This document shows positions 27,451 to 37,387 of a stretch of 64,000 bases of DNA, one piece after another; position 1 is the stretch's first letter; every line of letters begins with the position of its first letter. The notes under the pieces were generated by a model. That model was not told the origin of the DNA and made no database searches. It saw only the letters and a list, made by a program, of their open reading frames with translations. The stretch is taken from contig JBFIHA010000013.1 in the NCBI GenBank assembly GCA_041602035.1, positions 1,464 through 65,463 on the forward strand, given 5' to 3'. This DNA comes from Gemmatimonadales bacterium (GTDB lineage Bacteria > Gemmatimonadota > Gemmatimonadetes > Gemmatimonadales > GWC2-71-9). Both the position numbers and the translations under genes were made by a program.

Positions 27451-29562
27451 CTACTTGGCCAACTCCATGCTCACCGGCTGGCCCGTTGGGGCGAACTTCA
27501 CCACCCGACGCGGGGCGTCCCGGGTCACGTAAAACGTCGCCGGCAGCTGTCCTCCAGTGACCTCGACCCGGAACACCGTGAACGTTCCCGCCGGGACGGT
27601 CACGTCCTCCACGCCCACCACCGTGAACGTGAGCGGTGCCACCGAGCCCTCACCGGCGCGGAAGACGTTGACCGTGAATTCCGCCCCCTCTGCGAGGGGG
27701 AACGCCGGCAACAGAGCCTGCACGGTGTTGTCGTCCAGCACGCCGGCCAGCACCTCGCTGTCCACTTCCGTGGTCTGAACCTCGCCGGTCGGTTGCGGCG
27801 TCTGAGCCGAGCCCGTCACCCGACCGTCGGCGTACACCAGATGGGTCTCCGCCCTCCGGCCACCGAACTCCATGCTTTGGTCCAGCGTCCTCATCACGAT
27901 CGGACTCACGGCGAGGGTGGCCTGCATCTCCTGCCGCACTCCCATGACTGCAAGAGACATCGTCTGGGTGATCGTCACGTCCCTGCCCTCACGGACGACC
28001 TCCTGGACGGCGCTCCCCATTTCGTTCCCCTGCACGATCATGGCGAACGAGTCGCGCCGGGAGACCAGCTGGTCGAGATCCAGCGCCAGCGCCGTCGCCT
28101 TGGGCGTGAGGTCCGCCACCGCGAGCGCCTTCCCCTCGACGTCAATGATCGACACGGGGGCAATGGCACGAAGCTTGTCATACAAGGCCTGGCCATCCCC
28201 CACGACAACGACGACGGCCGAATCCGGGCGGAGGACGCGCCGGGCCGCCGCCATGGCTTGGGTAGCCGTGACCGCGTCCACTTTCTGGCCGTAGGTGCGC
28301 ACGAAATCGATGCCGCGGTCGAGTAGGATCGCACTTGCCACCTGACTCGCGATCTGCTGCGGGGTCTGGATGTCCAGCGGGTACGACCCCACGAGGTAGC
28401 CCTTGGCGGCCGTCATCTCGGAATCGGGAATAACCTCGGTGCGGACCCGCCGGATTTGCCGCAGCAATTCCACCAGCGCACTGTCCGTGACCGGTGTCCT
28501 CACCTCGGCGGTCGCCTGGAAGTATCCGCCGTCCTTGCGCGTCGGCACCCCAGAGTAGGCGCCGTAGGTCCACCCCTTGTCTTCTCGCAGGATCATGAAC
28601 AGTCGGGCGTCCGCGCCTCCGCCGAGCACCTTATTCGCCACCTCGACGGCGTAATACGTGCCGTCGCCGATGGGACGGGTGGCAAGGTTGCCGACCCGGA
28701 TGTTGGACTGGGCGGACCCCGGACGGTGCACGAGCGTGATCGCCGTCGGCCGCGGAGGTGGCGGCGACGCGTAGCGGACGTTGGGTGTCGCGCCGCGCCA
28801 ACCACCGAGATACCGTTCGGCCAGGCGCCGCGCCTCCGCCATGGTGATGTCACCCGCCAGCACGAGGAGCGACCCTTCCGGCTTGAGGTGGGCACTGGCC
28901 CAACTGCGGACGGCGTCGCGAGTGAGCGCCGTGGTCGACTCCTCCGTGGGCTGGCGACCATAGGGATGGTCGCCGTAGAGGGCCTTTTGGAAATACCGTC
29001 CGGCGAGCGAGCCCGGATCCGACTTCTCGACCTGGAGGGCGGAGAGCGTCCGCGTCCGCGCGAGTTCCAACTCCTCCTCGGGATATGTCGCGTTCAACAG
29101 CACGTCGCTCATCAGGTCGAACGCCAACTCGGCGTTTTCGCTGAGCACGGTGGTGAAGACGGAGAAGAAGTCCGCGCCCGCGCCGGCAGAGAGGCTGCCA
29201 CCGACACCTTCGATCTCAGCGGCGATCTGGTCCGCCGTCCGACGGGGCGTGCCTTTGGTCATCAGCTCGCCGACCATCGACGCGAGACCCTCCATCCCCG
29301 CGGGATCGTCGCGACTGCCGGCCCGCATGCTGATCCGAATGCTCAGGATCGGTAGGCGGTGGTTCTCCACCACGAGCAGCGTGAGCCCGTTACGGAGCTT
29401 CACCTGCTGGACCTCGGGGAACGGCAAGGGCCGGAGCGCACCGGCCGTCGGCGGCTCGGTCGGGAACTGCGCCTGCGCCGTGGTCGGCGCCACCAGCGCG
29501 CCGGCGGCCAGCAGGAGCGTGAACTTCGCGACACGATGGGTGCTCGTGACTCGGGACCTCAT
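27451..29562 (-). CDS. M16 (pitrilysin) family peptidase, non-catalytic-type subunit with a C-terminal extension of about 230 aa
   Basis: Signal peptide and M16 fold-like sequence, but no HxxEH (the equivalent region reads GLASMVGELM). 703 aa versus 447 aa for its partner. Confidence 0.8.
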   Translation of the reverse strand: MRSRVTSTHRVAKFTLLLAAGALVAPTTAQAQFPTEPPTAGALRPLPFPEVQQVKLRNGLTLLVVENHRLPILSIRISMRAGSRDDPAGMEGLASMVGELMTKGTPRRTADQIAAEIEGVGGSLSAGAGADFFSVFTTVLSENAELAFDLMSDVLLNATYPEEELELARTRTLSALQVEKSDPGSLAGRYFQKALYGDHPYGRQPTEESTTALTRDAVRSWASAHLKPEGSLLVLAGDITMAEARRLAERYLGGWRGATPNVRYASPPPPRPTAITLVHRPGSAQSNIRVGNLATRPIGDGTYYAVEVANKVLGGGADARLFMILREDKGWTYGAYSGVPTRKDGGYFQATAEVRTPVTDSALVELLRQIRRVRTEVIPDSEMTAAKGYLVGSYPLDIQTPQQIASQVASAILLDRGIDFVRTYGQKVDAVTATQAMAAARRVLRPDSAVVVVVGDGQALYDKLRAIAPVSIIDVEGKALAVADLTPKATALALDLDQLVSRRDSFAMIVQGNEMGSAVQEVVREGRDVTITQTMSLAVMGVRQEMQATLAVSPIVMRTLDQSMEFGGRRAETHLVYADGRVTGSAQTPQPTGEVQTTEVDSEVLAGVLDDNTVQALLPAFPLAEGAEFTVNVFRAGEGSVAPLTFTVVGVEDVTVPAGTFTVFRVEVTGGQLPATFYVTRDAPRRVVKFAPTGQPVSMELAK

Positions 29563-30902
29563 CGGTCACCTCCCGTCGACTGCGGGACCACCACGATCGT
29601 ATGGCTGTTTTCTCTGGTCAGATACGTGCGGGCGACGCGCTTGATGTCGTCCATCGTCACCGCCATGTAGCCGTCCAGATCGGTGTCGATCTCGTCGATC
29701 GAATCGTGGAAATGGGCAAAGTGCTGGAGCGCTTCGGCCATGCCGAAGGCCGTCTGCCGCGAGAAGACCTGACCGCTGCGGAAGTTGTTCTTGGCTTTGC
29801 GGAGCTCCTCTTCGGTCACGCCACCGTCGGCGAGCTTGGCAACTTCGGCCCGGAGTTGCGCCTCGAGCGTGTCCGGATGGGCTCCCTGGTTGGCGATCGC
29901 GAACGTGAGGAGCAGTCCGTGATCGCGGCGGGACTGCGACCCCGCCCCCGCCTGGAGCGCCGTCTTGGCCTCGCGGACCATAGAGATATTGAGTCGTGAG
30001 CTCTCGCCACCCCCGAGGATCGTGCCGAGCAGCGATAGCGGGCGCGTGTCGGCCGCGCGGTGTGGTGGAATCGGGTACATCACGATTACCGCCGGGAGGT
30101 TGGCAAGCTGGTCTTCAACGACGACGGTCTTACCGAACGTGCCGTAGGTGAGTGCGCAGGAGACCCCCTCGGGATCGTTGCCCCGAGGGATGTCGCCGAA
30201 GTACTCCTCGATGAGCCGCTTTGCCCCGGCAGGCTGGAAATCCCCGGCCACGACGAGCGTGGCGTTGTTCGGGGCATAGTACAGATCGAAGAACCGCTGC
30301 ACGTCCTCGGTCTTGGCCGCGTCGAGATCCTCCATCGATCCGATGACCGTATGAGAGTAGCCAAAACAGGTCGCCGAGTCGAACGGTTGCGTCAGGCCGT
30401 CGGTGAACGCCTTCGCATACGGTTGGTTGTCCACCCGCAGTCGGCGCTCCTCCTTCACGGTCTCGCGCTGGTTCTCGAAGTTGGCGTCCGTGACCGCCAG
30501 CGACCGCATACGATCGGCTTCGAGCCACAGGGCCAAGTTCATTCGGTTGGAGGGGACGATCTCGAAGTAGCTGGTGCGGTCCTCGTTTGTGGTCCCGTTC
30601 ATGTCACCGCCGGCCCGCTCGATGAGCTGCATGTGCTCACCCTTGCCGACGTTCGCGGAACCCTGAAACATCATGTGCTCGAACAGGTGAGCGAACCCCG
30701 AGCGACCCATCCGCTCGTTGGCGCTGCCCACGTTGTACCACACGCTCACCGCGACGACCGCCGCCGAGTGGTCCTCGGCGAGGATCACGCGGAGCCCGTT
30801 AGGCAGCGTGTACATCTCGTACGCGGTTTGGCCCGCGAGGGTCGGCGGCGCCACGGCGAGCGCGGCAGCCGCGAGCGCGGCGTATCCGATACGTCGCATC
30901 AT
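29559..30902 (-). CDS. M16 family zinc peptidase, catalytic-type subunit
   Basis: ATG at 30902 after an AAGAGGAG RBS. HLFEHMMFQGS (inverted zincin HxxEH motif). 4-nt overlap with the downstream M16 gene. Confidence 0.88.
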   Translation of the reverse strand: MMRRIGYAALAAAALAVAPPTLAGQTAYEMYTLPNGLRVILAEDHSAAVVAVSVWYNVGSANERMGRSGFAHLFEHMMFQGSANVGKGEHMQLIERAGGDMNGTTNEDRTSYFEIVPSNRMNLALWLEADRMRSLAVTDANFENQRETVKEERRLRVDNQPYAKAFTDGLTQPFDSATCFGYSHTVIGSMEDLDAAKTEDVQRFFDLYYAPNNATLVVAGDFQPAGAKRLIEEYFGDIPRGNDPEGVSCALTYGTFGKTVVVEDQLANLPAVIVMYPIPPHRAADTRPLSLLGTILGGGESSRLNISMVREAKTALQAGAGSQSRRDHGLLLTFAIANQGAHPDTLEAQLRAEVAKLADGGVTEEELRKAKNNFRSGQVFSRQTAFGMAEALQHFAHFHDSIDEIDTDLDGYMAVTMDDIKRVARTYLTRENSHTIVVVPQSTGGDR

Positions 30903-31038
30903 GCGTACTCCTCTTGTGCGAGAGCTCTGTAGCCTACGGAGAGAACCCGGCGTGGTCAACGTTGGACCCGAACGACACCTTCCGCCGTCGCGGTCTGCCG
31001 ACGTAGGTTCCGGCACACGACTCCCCGAGGAGCCTGTC

Positions 31039-31518
31039 ATGGCACGGATCACGCTCACGGCGCTTGCCTGCTTCGGCGCCATCGTTGCCTGCCAACCCAC
31101 CGAACCGGAACTCACGGAGGAACAGCAACTAGCGCTGATCGATACACTGATGGGCGTGCAGCGCGATATGGTTACCGCCGCCAAGGCCGCCGACGCCGAC
31201 GCCGTGATCGCATTCTTCGACAGCGCTACCGGCGTGATCATGGGGACCGAGTACCTCTCCCACACGGCACTGGTCGAACGACTGCGGCGAGCCTATGCAG
31301 CGGTCGATGGCCAGGTGGTGACCTGGCATCCTGCCAAGGTATCGGTCATGTCACGCGACGTCGTGGCGATGACCCTCGGCGGACGGGTGGCCACCGTCGT
31401 GGCCGGCGATACGTCGGAGGCCGTGCCGGTGGCCTGGACCGAGGTGCTGGTGCGCACGGATAGCGGCTGGAAGGTACTTCATGCACACCAGAGCATGGGG
31501 TCGGCGGCTCCACGGTAA
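31039..31518 (+). CDS. Exported NTF2-fold (SnoaL/DUF4440-like) protein
   Basis: Lipoprotein-like signal (ACFGAIVAC). C-terminal TDSGWKVLHAHQS, typical of DUF4440-like proteins. Confidence 0.6.
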   Translation: MARITLTALACFGAIVACQPTEPELTEEQQLALIDTLMGVQRDMVTAAKAADADAVIAFFDSATGVIMGTEYLSHTALVERLRRAYAAVDGQVVTWHPAKVSVMSRDVVAMTLGGRVATVVAGDTSEAVPVAWTEVLVRTDSGWKVLHAHQSMGSAAPR

Positions 31519-31550
31519 CACCTCCGCACCCCCGACGGACCGAAGCCAGC

Positions 31551-31592
31551 GCCGGCCACGCCCACCGTGCGAAGGGGTAGGGCGTGGCCGGC
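31551..31592. terminator. Perfect 13-bp hairpin GCCGGCCACGCCC / GGGCGTGGCCGGC between convergent genes
   Basis: Read directly. No clear T tract on either side. Confidence 0.55.
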
Positions 31593-31622
31593 ATCACTTC
31601 CGGTCCGTTGGACCGCGTGAGA

Positions 31623-32387
31623 TCAGAGGCGGCGGCTTCTCACCCGGAAGTCGACGTTCTCGCTGATCCAGTTCCAGAGGTGCTCCTGGGATTCCGCATC
31701 GATCCCGGGTTCGGCCTGCTCCCGCCATCCGGTCATCACTTGGTCATCAACGGTCCACATTCGCACCCGTTGGCGATCGATCTCCCGCTCCCACGCCACA
31801 GACGCGGTGGGTGACCCGTAGAGCAGCCGTACGGTCACGCTGCGCGACAGGTATTCGAGCGGATTCAAATCGATCTTGGCATACGCGCTCGTCGTATCCG
31901 TCGAGGCCCGCCGAGTGAAGTCGGGAATCCCGTCACTGAAGATCACCACGTCGAGCGGCGCCAGCACCAATCCCTGACGCTTGATGAGCGTGGCCACACG
32001 TCCGAAGAACGCGTTGAAGTCGGTGAAGGCGTCTTCCGGTGGGAAGAACGTCCGGAGCTGCGTGCGGATCTCTTCCACGCTCTTGTTCTGGAACGCGTGA
32101 ATCGGCTGGAACGATTTGGGCTCGCCGACTCGCGCGCCTCCCACAGAGCCGACGAACACCGCCGACGGCACCCGCAGGTCACCCAGGCCATTCAAGTGGC
32201 CGTACAAGTAGTGCGCGGCGAAGTCGATCGCGTCCTCGTACTTGCCACCGGCCCGAAACGAGCCACTCACGTCGATCCCGATCACCATGGTCGACCGAGC
32301 GGGGCGCCCGCCCTCCTTGGGAAGGCACGCGGCCGCGAGGAGAACGGCGAGACCCGCCGCGACGGAGACGACTACCCGGCGACGCAT
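31623..32387 (-). CDS. Lipoprotein with a von Willebrand factor A (VWA)-like domain
   Basis: Signal plus lipobox (LLAAAC). MIDAS-like motif GIDVSGS. Its start overlaps the stop of the upstream gene (TGATG). Confidence 0.65.
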   Translation of the reverse strand: MRRRVVVSVAAGLAVLLAAACLPKEGGRPARSTMVIGIDVSGSFRAGGKYEDAIDFAAHYLYGHLNGLGDLRVPSAVFVGSVGGARVGEPKSFQPIHAFQNKSVEEIRTQLRTFFPPEDAFTDFNAFFGRVATLIKRQGLVLAPLDVVIFSDGIPDFTRRASTDTTSAYAKIDLNPLEYLSRSVTVRLLYGSPTASVAWEREIDRQRVRMWTVDDQVMTGWREQAEPGIDAESQEHLWNWISENVDFRVRSRRL

Positions 32388-33658
32388 CAGGCACCTCCGG
32401 CTTCGTGCGCCGGCTGGGTCCGCGCCGACTGCGCCTTGGCGGTCGGCTTGAGTCCCGCAATGCTCGGGGTCTTGGCCAGGATATCATCCAGGCTGCGGAA
32501 CGGCAGCGAGAACATCGGACGGGATCCGACTGCCACCACAGCGAAGTTGACGGCGGCCGCCCCCATCTGCAGCACCGGCAGCGAGAGCAACTCGAACACC
32601 TGACGCGCTTCGCGCTTGAACCACTCGGTCTCGCTCTTGAGCGCCAGAATCGGTCCCTTCCAGAAATCCGGCTGCGGCGCCTGGTAGCCGGTGGTAACGC
32701 CCTCCTGCCGGATGGTCTCACGCGCGAGCACGGCGACCAGCGCCGGCGTGCCGTAGCGGCCGAACAGGAACCACGTCATCCCACGAACGCCGATCCAGCC
32801 AAACGACGCGAGCGCGAGCGTCGAGAAGAGGCCGAGCTGCACCTGTTCGCTCGTCGTCTGCGCAATCCACGGCGTAATCGCGTCGATCAGCTCGCGATAG
32901 AGGAAGATGACCTCGAAGAACATCACGAACAGCTCGACCGCCGACATCTGGATGATCTGCGCCACGTCCTTGGCGCGTACGGCCGCGGCCAACGCGTGAA
33001 TACACGCGAAGCTCCCCAACACCAGGAAGAACAGGAAGATCCACAGCAGCGGCGCCACGAGGCGCGGATCGGGCTCGAATCCCGTGATGCCCGCCAGCAC
33101 CTCGGTCAGCGTCGGCTGGAGCGTATACATGAAGATCACGGCCTCGACCGCCGACCACAGCAGCAGCGCGAGGAACGCCAGCCACGGCACCCCGGGCTTG
33201 AAGTAGTTGCGCGACGTCCAGTCGAGCATGCGGAGCGGACTCTGGAACGCCGCCTTCACGGCCGCCACGGCGATACCGAGCCCCAGGCGCAAAAGCCCCC
33301 ACACCCAGCCCACCATCACCACGCCGAGCCGTACGATTCCGGCCCAATAGAACCACGCGGTGCGTCCGGCATCCCACCACGCGATGAGCATGGCGGTGAC
33401 GAACCGCCCTCGGTTGGACCGGAACGGAATCGTGTAGAGCGACGCCATCGTAATCCAGACGCCCGAAATGAGCAGCAGCATCGGCAGAAGAATCACGATG
33501 CGCTTGACCAGCATCTCGGCTGCGGTGTCACCATACCAGGTGAAGTTCATCATCGCCGCGTGCCAGTCCGGGATCCACGCGAGCGGTGCCGACAGTACCT
33601 CGGCGGCGCCACGCCACTCGGTGGGAACGAACGCTTGGACGAGCTGCATAGGGTCCAC
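32387..33658 (-). CDS. Polytopic integral membrane protein; family not recognised
   Basis: 423 aa with about 8-10 hydrophobic helices rich in Trp/Phe. Translationally coupled to the VWA lipoprotein. Confidence 0.65.
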   Translation of the reverse strand: MDPMQLVQAFVPTEWRGAAEVLSAPLAWIPDWHAAMMNFTWYGDTAAEMLVKRIVILLPMLLLISGVWITMASLYTIPFRSNRGRFVTAMLIAWWDAGRTAWFYWAGIVRLGVVMVGWVWGLLRLGLGIAVAAVKAAFQSPLRMLDWTSRNYFKPGVPWLAFLALLLWSAVEAVIFMYTLQPTLTEVLAGITGFEPDPRLVAPLLWIFLFFLVLGSFACIHALAAAVRAKDVAQIIQMSAVELFVMFFEVIFLYRELIDAITPWIAQTTSEQVQLGLFSTLALASFGWIGVRGMTWFLFGRYGTPALVAVLARETIRQEGVTTGYQAPQPDFWKGPILALKSETEWFKREARQVFELLSLPVLQMGAAAVNFAVVAVGSRPMFSLPFRSLDDILAKTPSIAGLKPTAKAQSARTQPAHEAGGA

Positions 33659-33915
33659 TCCGTTGGAGTACAGATGAGACGGCGGGACACCTCAGAGCGG
33701 TATCCACTTCACGAATGCACTCGAGCCGTTCTCGGGATGCGCCTAGCCTGCGGTCTCAGCCCGAATGCAACGATGATCCAGGTCACACCGGCCGCCGATC
33801 GGAGCCGGCCTTTGTTCGGTTTCACACCGCGCGCGTTCGTGCCAAGTGTGCGTCGGCTAGTGGTTTGGACCCCTTCACCTCATGTGGCTTCTGGGCCAGG
33901 GAGGGCTGAGGGGAC

Positions 33916-34914
33916 TCATTCGTCGGGCGCGCGGACTCCTCCGCGTCGCCGAACCGCGCGAATCGTGGCCAAATGCTCTCCGTAGGTCCTCGAGAACACA
34001 TGACGGCCGTCGCGGCGCGCGACGAAGTACAGGAAGTCCGACGGCAGCGGATACAAGGCAGCTTCGAGACTCGCGAGCGACGCCTGGCCGATCGGCGACG
34101 GCGGCAGTCCGGCCACGCGGTACGTGTTGAGCGGAGACGCAAACGCGTAGTCACGATTGTAGAGCCGTCGCCGCTCGCCGAGCGCGTACACGACCGTCGG
34201 GTCGGCTTGCAGGCGCCGACCGTTGGCGAGGCGGTTGTGATACACCGACGAGACGTAGCCCAGATCGGCGTGATGCGGATCCTCCCCCTCGATGATCGAC
34301 GCGAGGGTGACCACGTGGTGGCGCGTGTAGCCCAACGATTCGGCGCGCGCGGTCCACACGGGACGCCAGTGCGCCTCGAACGTATCCACCATCTGGCGCA
34401 CTATCTGATCGGCACTCGCCCCAACGGGGATGTAATACGTGGTCGGGAATAAATACCCCTCCACGCTTTCGCTCTCGGCCCCCACCCGCGCTCGGATGCT
34501 CGAATCCCGTGTCGCCTGCACAAAGCTGTCGGGCGATACCCCCATGAGCTGCTCCACCAGCGGCGCCAGTTCGCTGATCCAGATACCGCTCCGTACCTCG
34601 AGGCGCGTCTCAGGCTCCCTACCCCGCCGAAGAATGGCGAGCACCTTCCCCATAGGCGTGCCGGGCACCAGCGGATACACACCGGCCTTGATCCCGAGGT
34701 GTTTGCGGCCCATGCGCGCGAACCGGGCGAACGATTCCGCTGATCCGACAATGCCGTGAACCGCGAGCGACTCGGCGATCGCCTCCACCGGGGCGTCCGG
34801 AATGGTCACTCGAACGGCCTCAGGCGATTCCGGGACCACGCACGCTCCGAGCGTGACGAAGAGCATGCTGACGGGCAGGAGCCCACAGCGGCAAACCGAT
34901 GCGTGGGTCGTCAT
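33916..34914 (-). CDS. mltG: Endolytic murein transglycosylase MltG (YceG family)
   Basis: N-terminal TM segment. LASIIEGE, YHNRL, LQADPTVVY, NTYRVAGLPPSPI motifs. Confidence 0.88.
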   Translation of the reverse strand: MTTHASVCRCGLLPVSMLFVTLGACVVPESPEAVRVTIPDAPVEAIAESLAVHGIVGSAESFARFARMGRKHLGIKAGVYPLVPGTPMGKVLAILRRGREPETRLEVRSGIWISELAPLVEQLMGVSPDSFVQATRDSSIRARVGAESESVEGYLFPTTYYIPVGASADQIVRQMVDTFEAHWRPVWTARAESLGYTRHHVVTLASIIEGEDPHHADLGYVSSVYHNRLANGRRLQADPTVVYALGERRRLYNRDYAFASPLNTYRVAGLPPSPIGQASLASLEAALYPLPSDFLYFVARRDGRHVFSRTYGEHLATIRAVRRRGGVRAPDE

Positions 34915-35062
34915 CCTGCGAGCGTAGCTGCAGGGTCATGGCCGGGCTGTGATGCAGCTAACAGTGGGGGGGTCCCCGCAGCCGGGCGGCCGCGACCGCC
35001 CATTGGGGATCCAAGCGCGTTATCATTCGTTCCGTTTGCGAACCACTGAACGGAGTGCGGAT

Positions 35063-37321
35063 ATGATGCAGATCGGCGTGGGCGCAGTTGCAGTGATATC
35101 AGTGCTGTCGCTGGTCCCGGCGCAACAACTCACGGCACAAGCACGGGGTCGCGAGCTCTACGACCTGATGGGAAGCACCAGGCTCGCCCCAACCACCGGC
35201 ACGCCAATGGTGCGCTGGCTGCCGGACGGCCGCGGCTACTATACGACTCGGCGGGATACCGAGCGCGGACTCCAGTTTCTCCGGGTCGATCCCGAATCGG
35301 GGCGCGAGTCCCCCCTCTTCGATCGCGCCACGGCCGACGCCCTCCGGATGCACTACGCCCAACTGACGGGATCGCCGGTCACCGGGCTGCCCTTCACCGC
35401 TTTCGACCTCACGCAGGACGGGCGCGCCCTGACGTTTACGAGCGAGAAACGGCATTTCCATTACACCTTCGCCACGCGACGGCTGCGGGAGCTCCTCCGC
35501 CCGGAGATCGAGCCGCAGCCGTACACGCAGGACTTGATGCGCGGCATGGGCGGTAGCCAGCTGTGGAACGGCACCTATTCGCCGGACTACGGGCGGTTCG
35601 CCTATGTGAGAGGTTTCGACCTCTACGTGGCGAACACGGTGACCGGCCACGAGACACGCCTCACGCATGACGGGAACCTCGATACCTTCAACGGCCGGCC
35701 CAACTGGGTCTACCCGGAGGAATTCAACCAGCGTGACGCGTATTGGTTCTCACCGGACGGCACCAAGCTGGCCTATTACCGCTCCGACGAGAGTGGCGTG
35801 CACAAATACCCCATCGTGCACGACCTCGCCGCCGAAGCCGAGCTCGAGCTGCAGAGCTACCCCAAGGCCGGCGAGCCAAACCCCACTGTCGTACTCCGTA
35901 TCGTCGACATCGCCTCGGGGGAGACGGTCGAGATCGAGACCAATAGCACACCAGACAACTACATCGTTCGACCGATCTGGCTGCCCGGCGGTCATGAGGT
36001 GCTCTTGCAGCGACTGAATCGCCACCAGAGTGTGTTGGAGCTGCTGGCTGCCGACGTGCGCACGGGCCAGGTCCGGACCGTGCTCACCGAGCGCGAGCCG
36101 GCCTTCGTCAATGTCCACGACGACTTCACGCTGCTCAAGGACGGGAACCGGTTCCTGTGGAGCTCCGAGCGTAGCGGTTGGCGCCACCTCTATCTGTACT
36201 CCCTGGACGGAACCCAGATCGCACAGCTCACCAGCGGATCGTGGCCCGTGTCGAGCGTCACCGGCATCGACCCGGACGAGCGCTGGGTGTACTTCACCGG
36301 AAACGACACCACTGGGTTGGAAACGCACTTCTTCCGGGTTCGGCTGGACGGCTCCTTGCTGCAGCGCCTCACCAAGGAGCCGGGCACGCACCGCATCAGC
36401 ATGGACCCCGCCGCGCGCTACTATGTGGATTCGTACTCGTCGTTCACGACCCCCCCCACCGCGAACTTACATCGCGCCGACGGCACGTTGGTGCGGAAAC
36501 TCATGAGCAGCAACACTGCTCGGCTCGATTCGCTCAGGCTCGAGCCGCCCGAACTGGTGATCGTCACGGCCGCCGACGGCGTGACCAAGCTGCACGGCAT
36601 GCTCTACAAGCCGGCGGGATACGATCCGACCGTCGCGTACCCGCTGCTGATTCCCGTCTACGGTGGGCCGCACTCCAAGGCGATCAGCAACCAGTTCTAT
36701 CACGTCGGCAACGATCAGCGGCTCGCGCAGCTCGGTTTCATAGTATGGCGAGTCGACAATCGCGGGCTCCGAAACCGCGGCAAAGCGTTCGAGGCCGAAA
36801 CGTATCTCAAGCTGGGTCAGGTCGATCTGGCCGATCAAATCGCGGCGTTGCGGCAGATCACCGAGCGGCCGTACGTGGATGCCACACGCGTTGGGATATT
36901 CGGCGGCTCGTACGGCGGATACATGACCGTGCTGGCATTACTCAAGGAGCCTGACCTGTTCCACGTGGGTGTGGCGCACGCCCCCGTCACCGACTGGCGT
37001 AACTACGACACGATCTATACCGAGCGCTACATGCGCACGCCGCAAGACAACGCCGAGGGATACGATTTGGGCTCGGCCCTGCCGCACGCGGCAAATCTCA
37101 GGGGGAAGCTCCTTCTGACCCATGGGAGCGTGGACAACAACGTCCATCCCGGCAACACGATCCAGCTCGTCAACGCGCTGATCCAAGCTGGCAAGCGATT
37201 CGATCTCATGTTGTATCCGGACAATCGGCACGGGGTGCGGGGAACCGCCGGTCGGCACCTGAGCGAGCTGCGTATCGACTATCTGGTGGAGCACCTGCAA
37301 CCGCCGACGTATCCGTGGTAG
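35063..37321 (+). CDS. Dipeptidyl-peptidase IV family serine peptidase (S9B)
   Basis: Signal peptide. DPP-IV N-terminal propeller-like region (WSPDG, NWVYPEEF). Catalytic GGSYGGYM. C-terminal D...H region. Confidence 0.88.
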   Translation: MMQIGVGAVAVISVLSLVPAQQLTAQARGRELYDLMGSTRLAPTTGTPMVRWLPDGRGYYTTRRDTERGLQFLRVDPESGRESPLFDRATADALRMHYAQLTGSPVTGLPFTAFDLTQDGRALTFTSEKRHFHYTFATRRLRELLRPEIEPQPYTQDLMRGMGGSQLWNGTYSPDYGRFAYVRGFDLYVANTVTGHETRLTHDGNLDTFNGRPNWVYPEEFNQRDAYWFSPDGTKLAYYRSDESGVHKYPIVHDLAAEAELELQSYPKAGEPNPTVVLRIVDIASGETVEIETNSTPDNYIVRPIWLPGGHEVLLQRLNRHQSVLELLAADVRTGQVRTVLTEREPAFVNVHDDFTLLKDGNRFLWSSERSGWRHLYLYSLDGTQIAQLTSGSWPVSSVTGIDPDERWVYFTGNDTTGLETHFFRVRLDGSLLQRLTKEPGTHRISMDPAARYYVDSYSSFTTPPTANLHRADGTLVRKLMSSNTARLDSLRLEPPELVIVTAADGVTKLHGMLYKPAGYDPTVAYPLLIPVYGGPHSKAISNQFYHVGNDQRLAQLGFIVWRVDNRGLRNRGKAFEAETYLKLGQVDLADQIAALRQITERPYVDATRVGIFGGSYGGYMTVLALLKEPDLFHVGVAHAPVTDWRNYDTIYTERYMRTPQDNAEGYDLGSALPHAANLRGKLLLTHGSVDNNVHPGNTIQLVNALIQAGKRFDLMLYPDNRHGVRGTAGRHLSELRIDYLVEHLQPPTYPW

Positions 37322-37387
37322 AAGAAGTGCGGCGAGGCCCGTGACGCCAGCAATGGTGCGTGGAACACCTGGATGGTACCGGCGCCG

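Noticed and set aside
33781-33830. Plus-strand hairpin-like sequence with a TTTGTT tail between two minus-strand genes, as a possible antisense RNA terminator
   Set aside because: The stem is short and imperfect (CCGGC/GCCGG around a CCGATCGG palindrome), and there is no plus-strand promoter or gene upstream.
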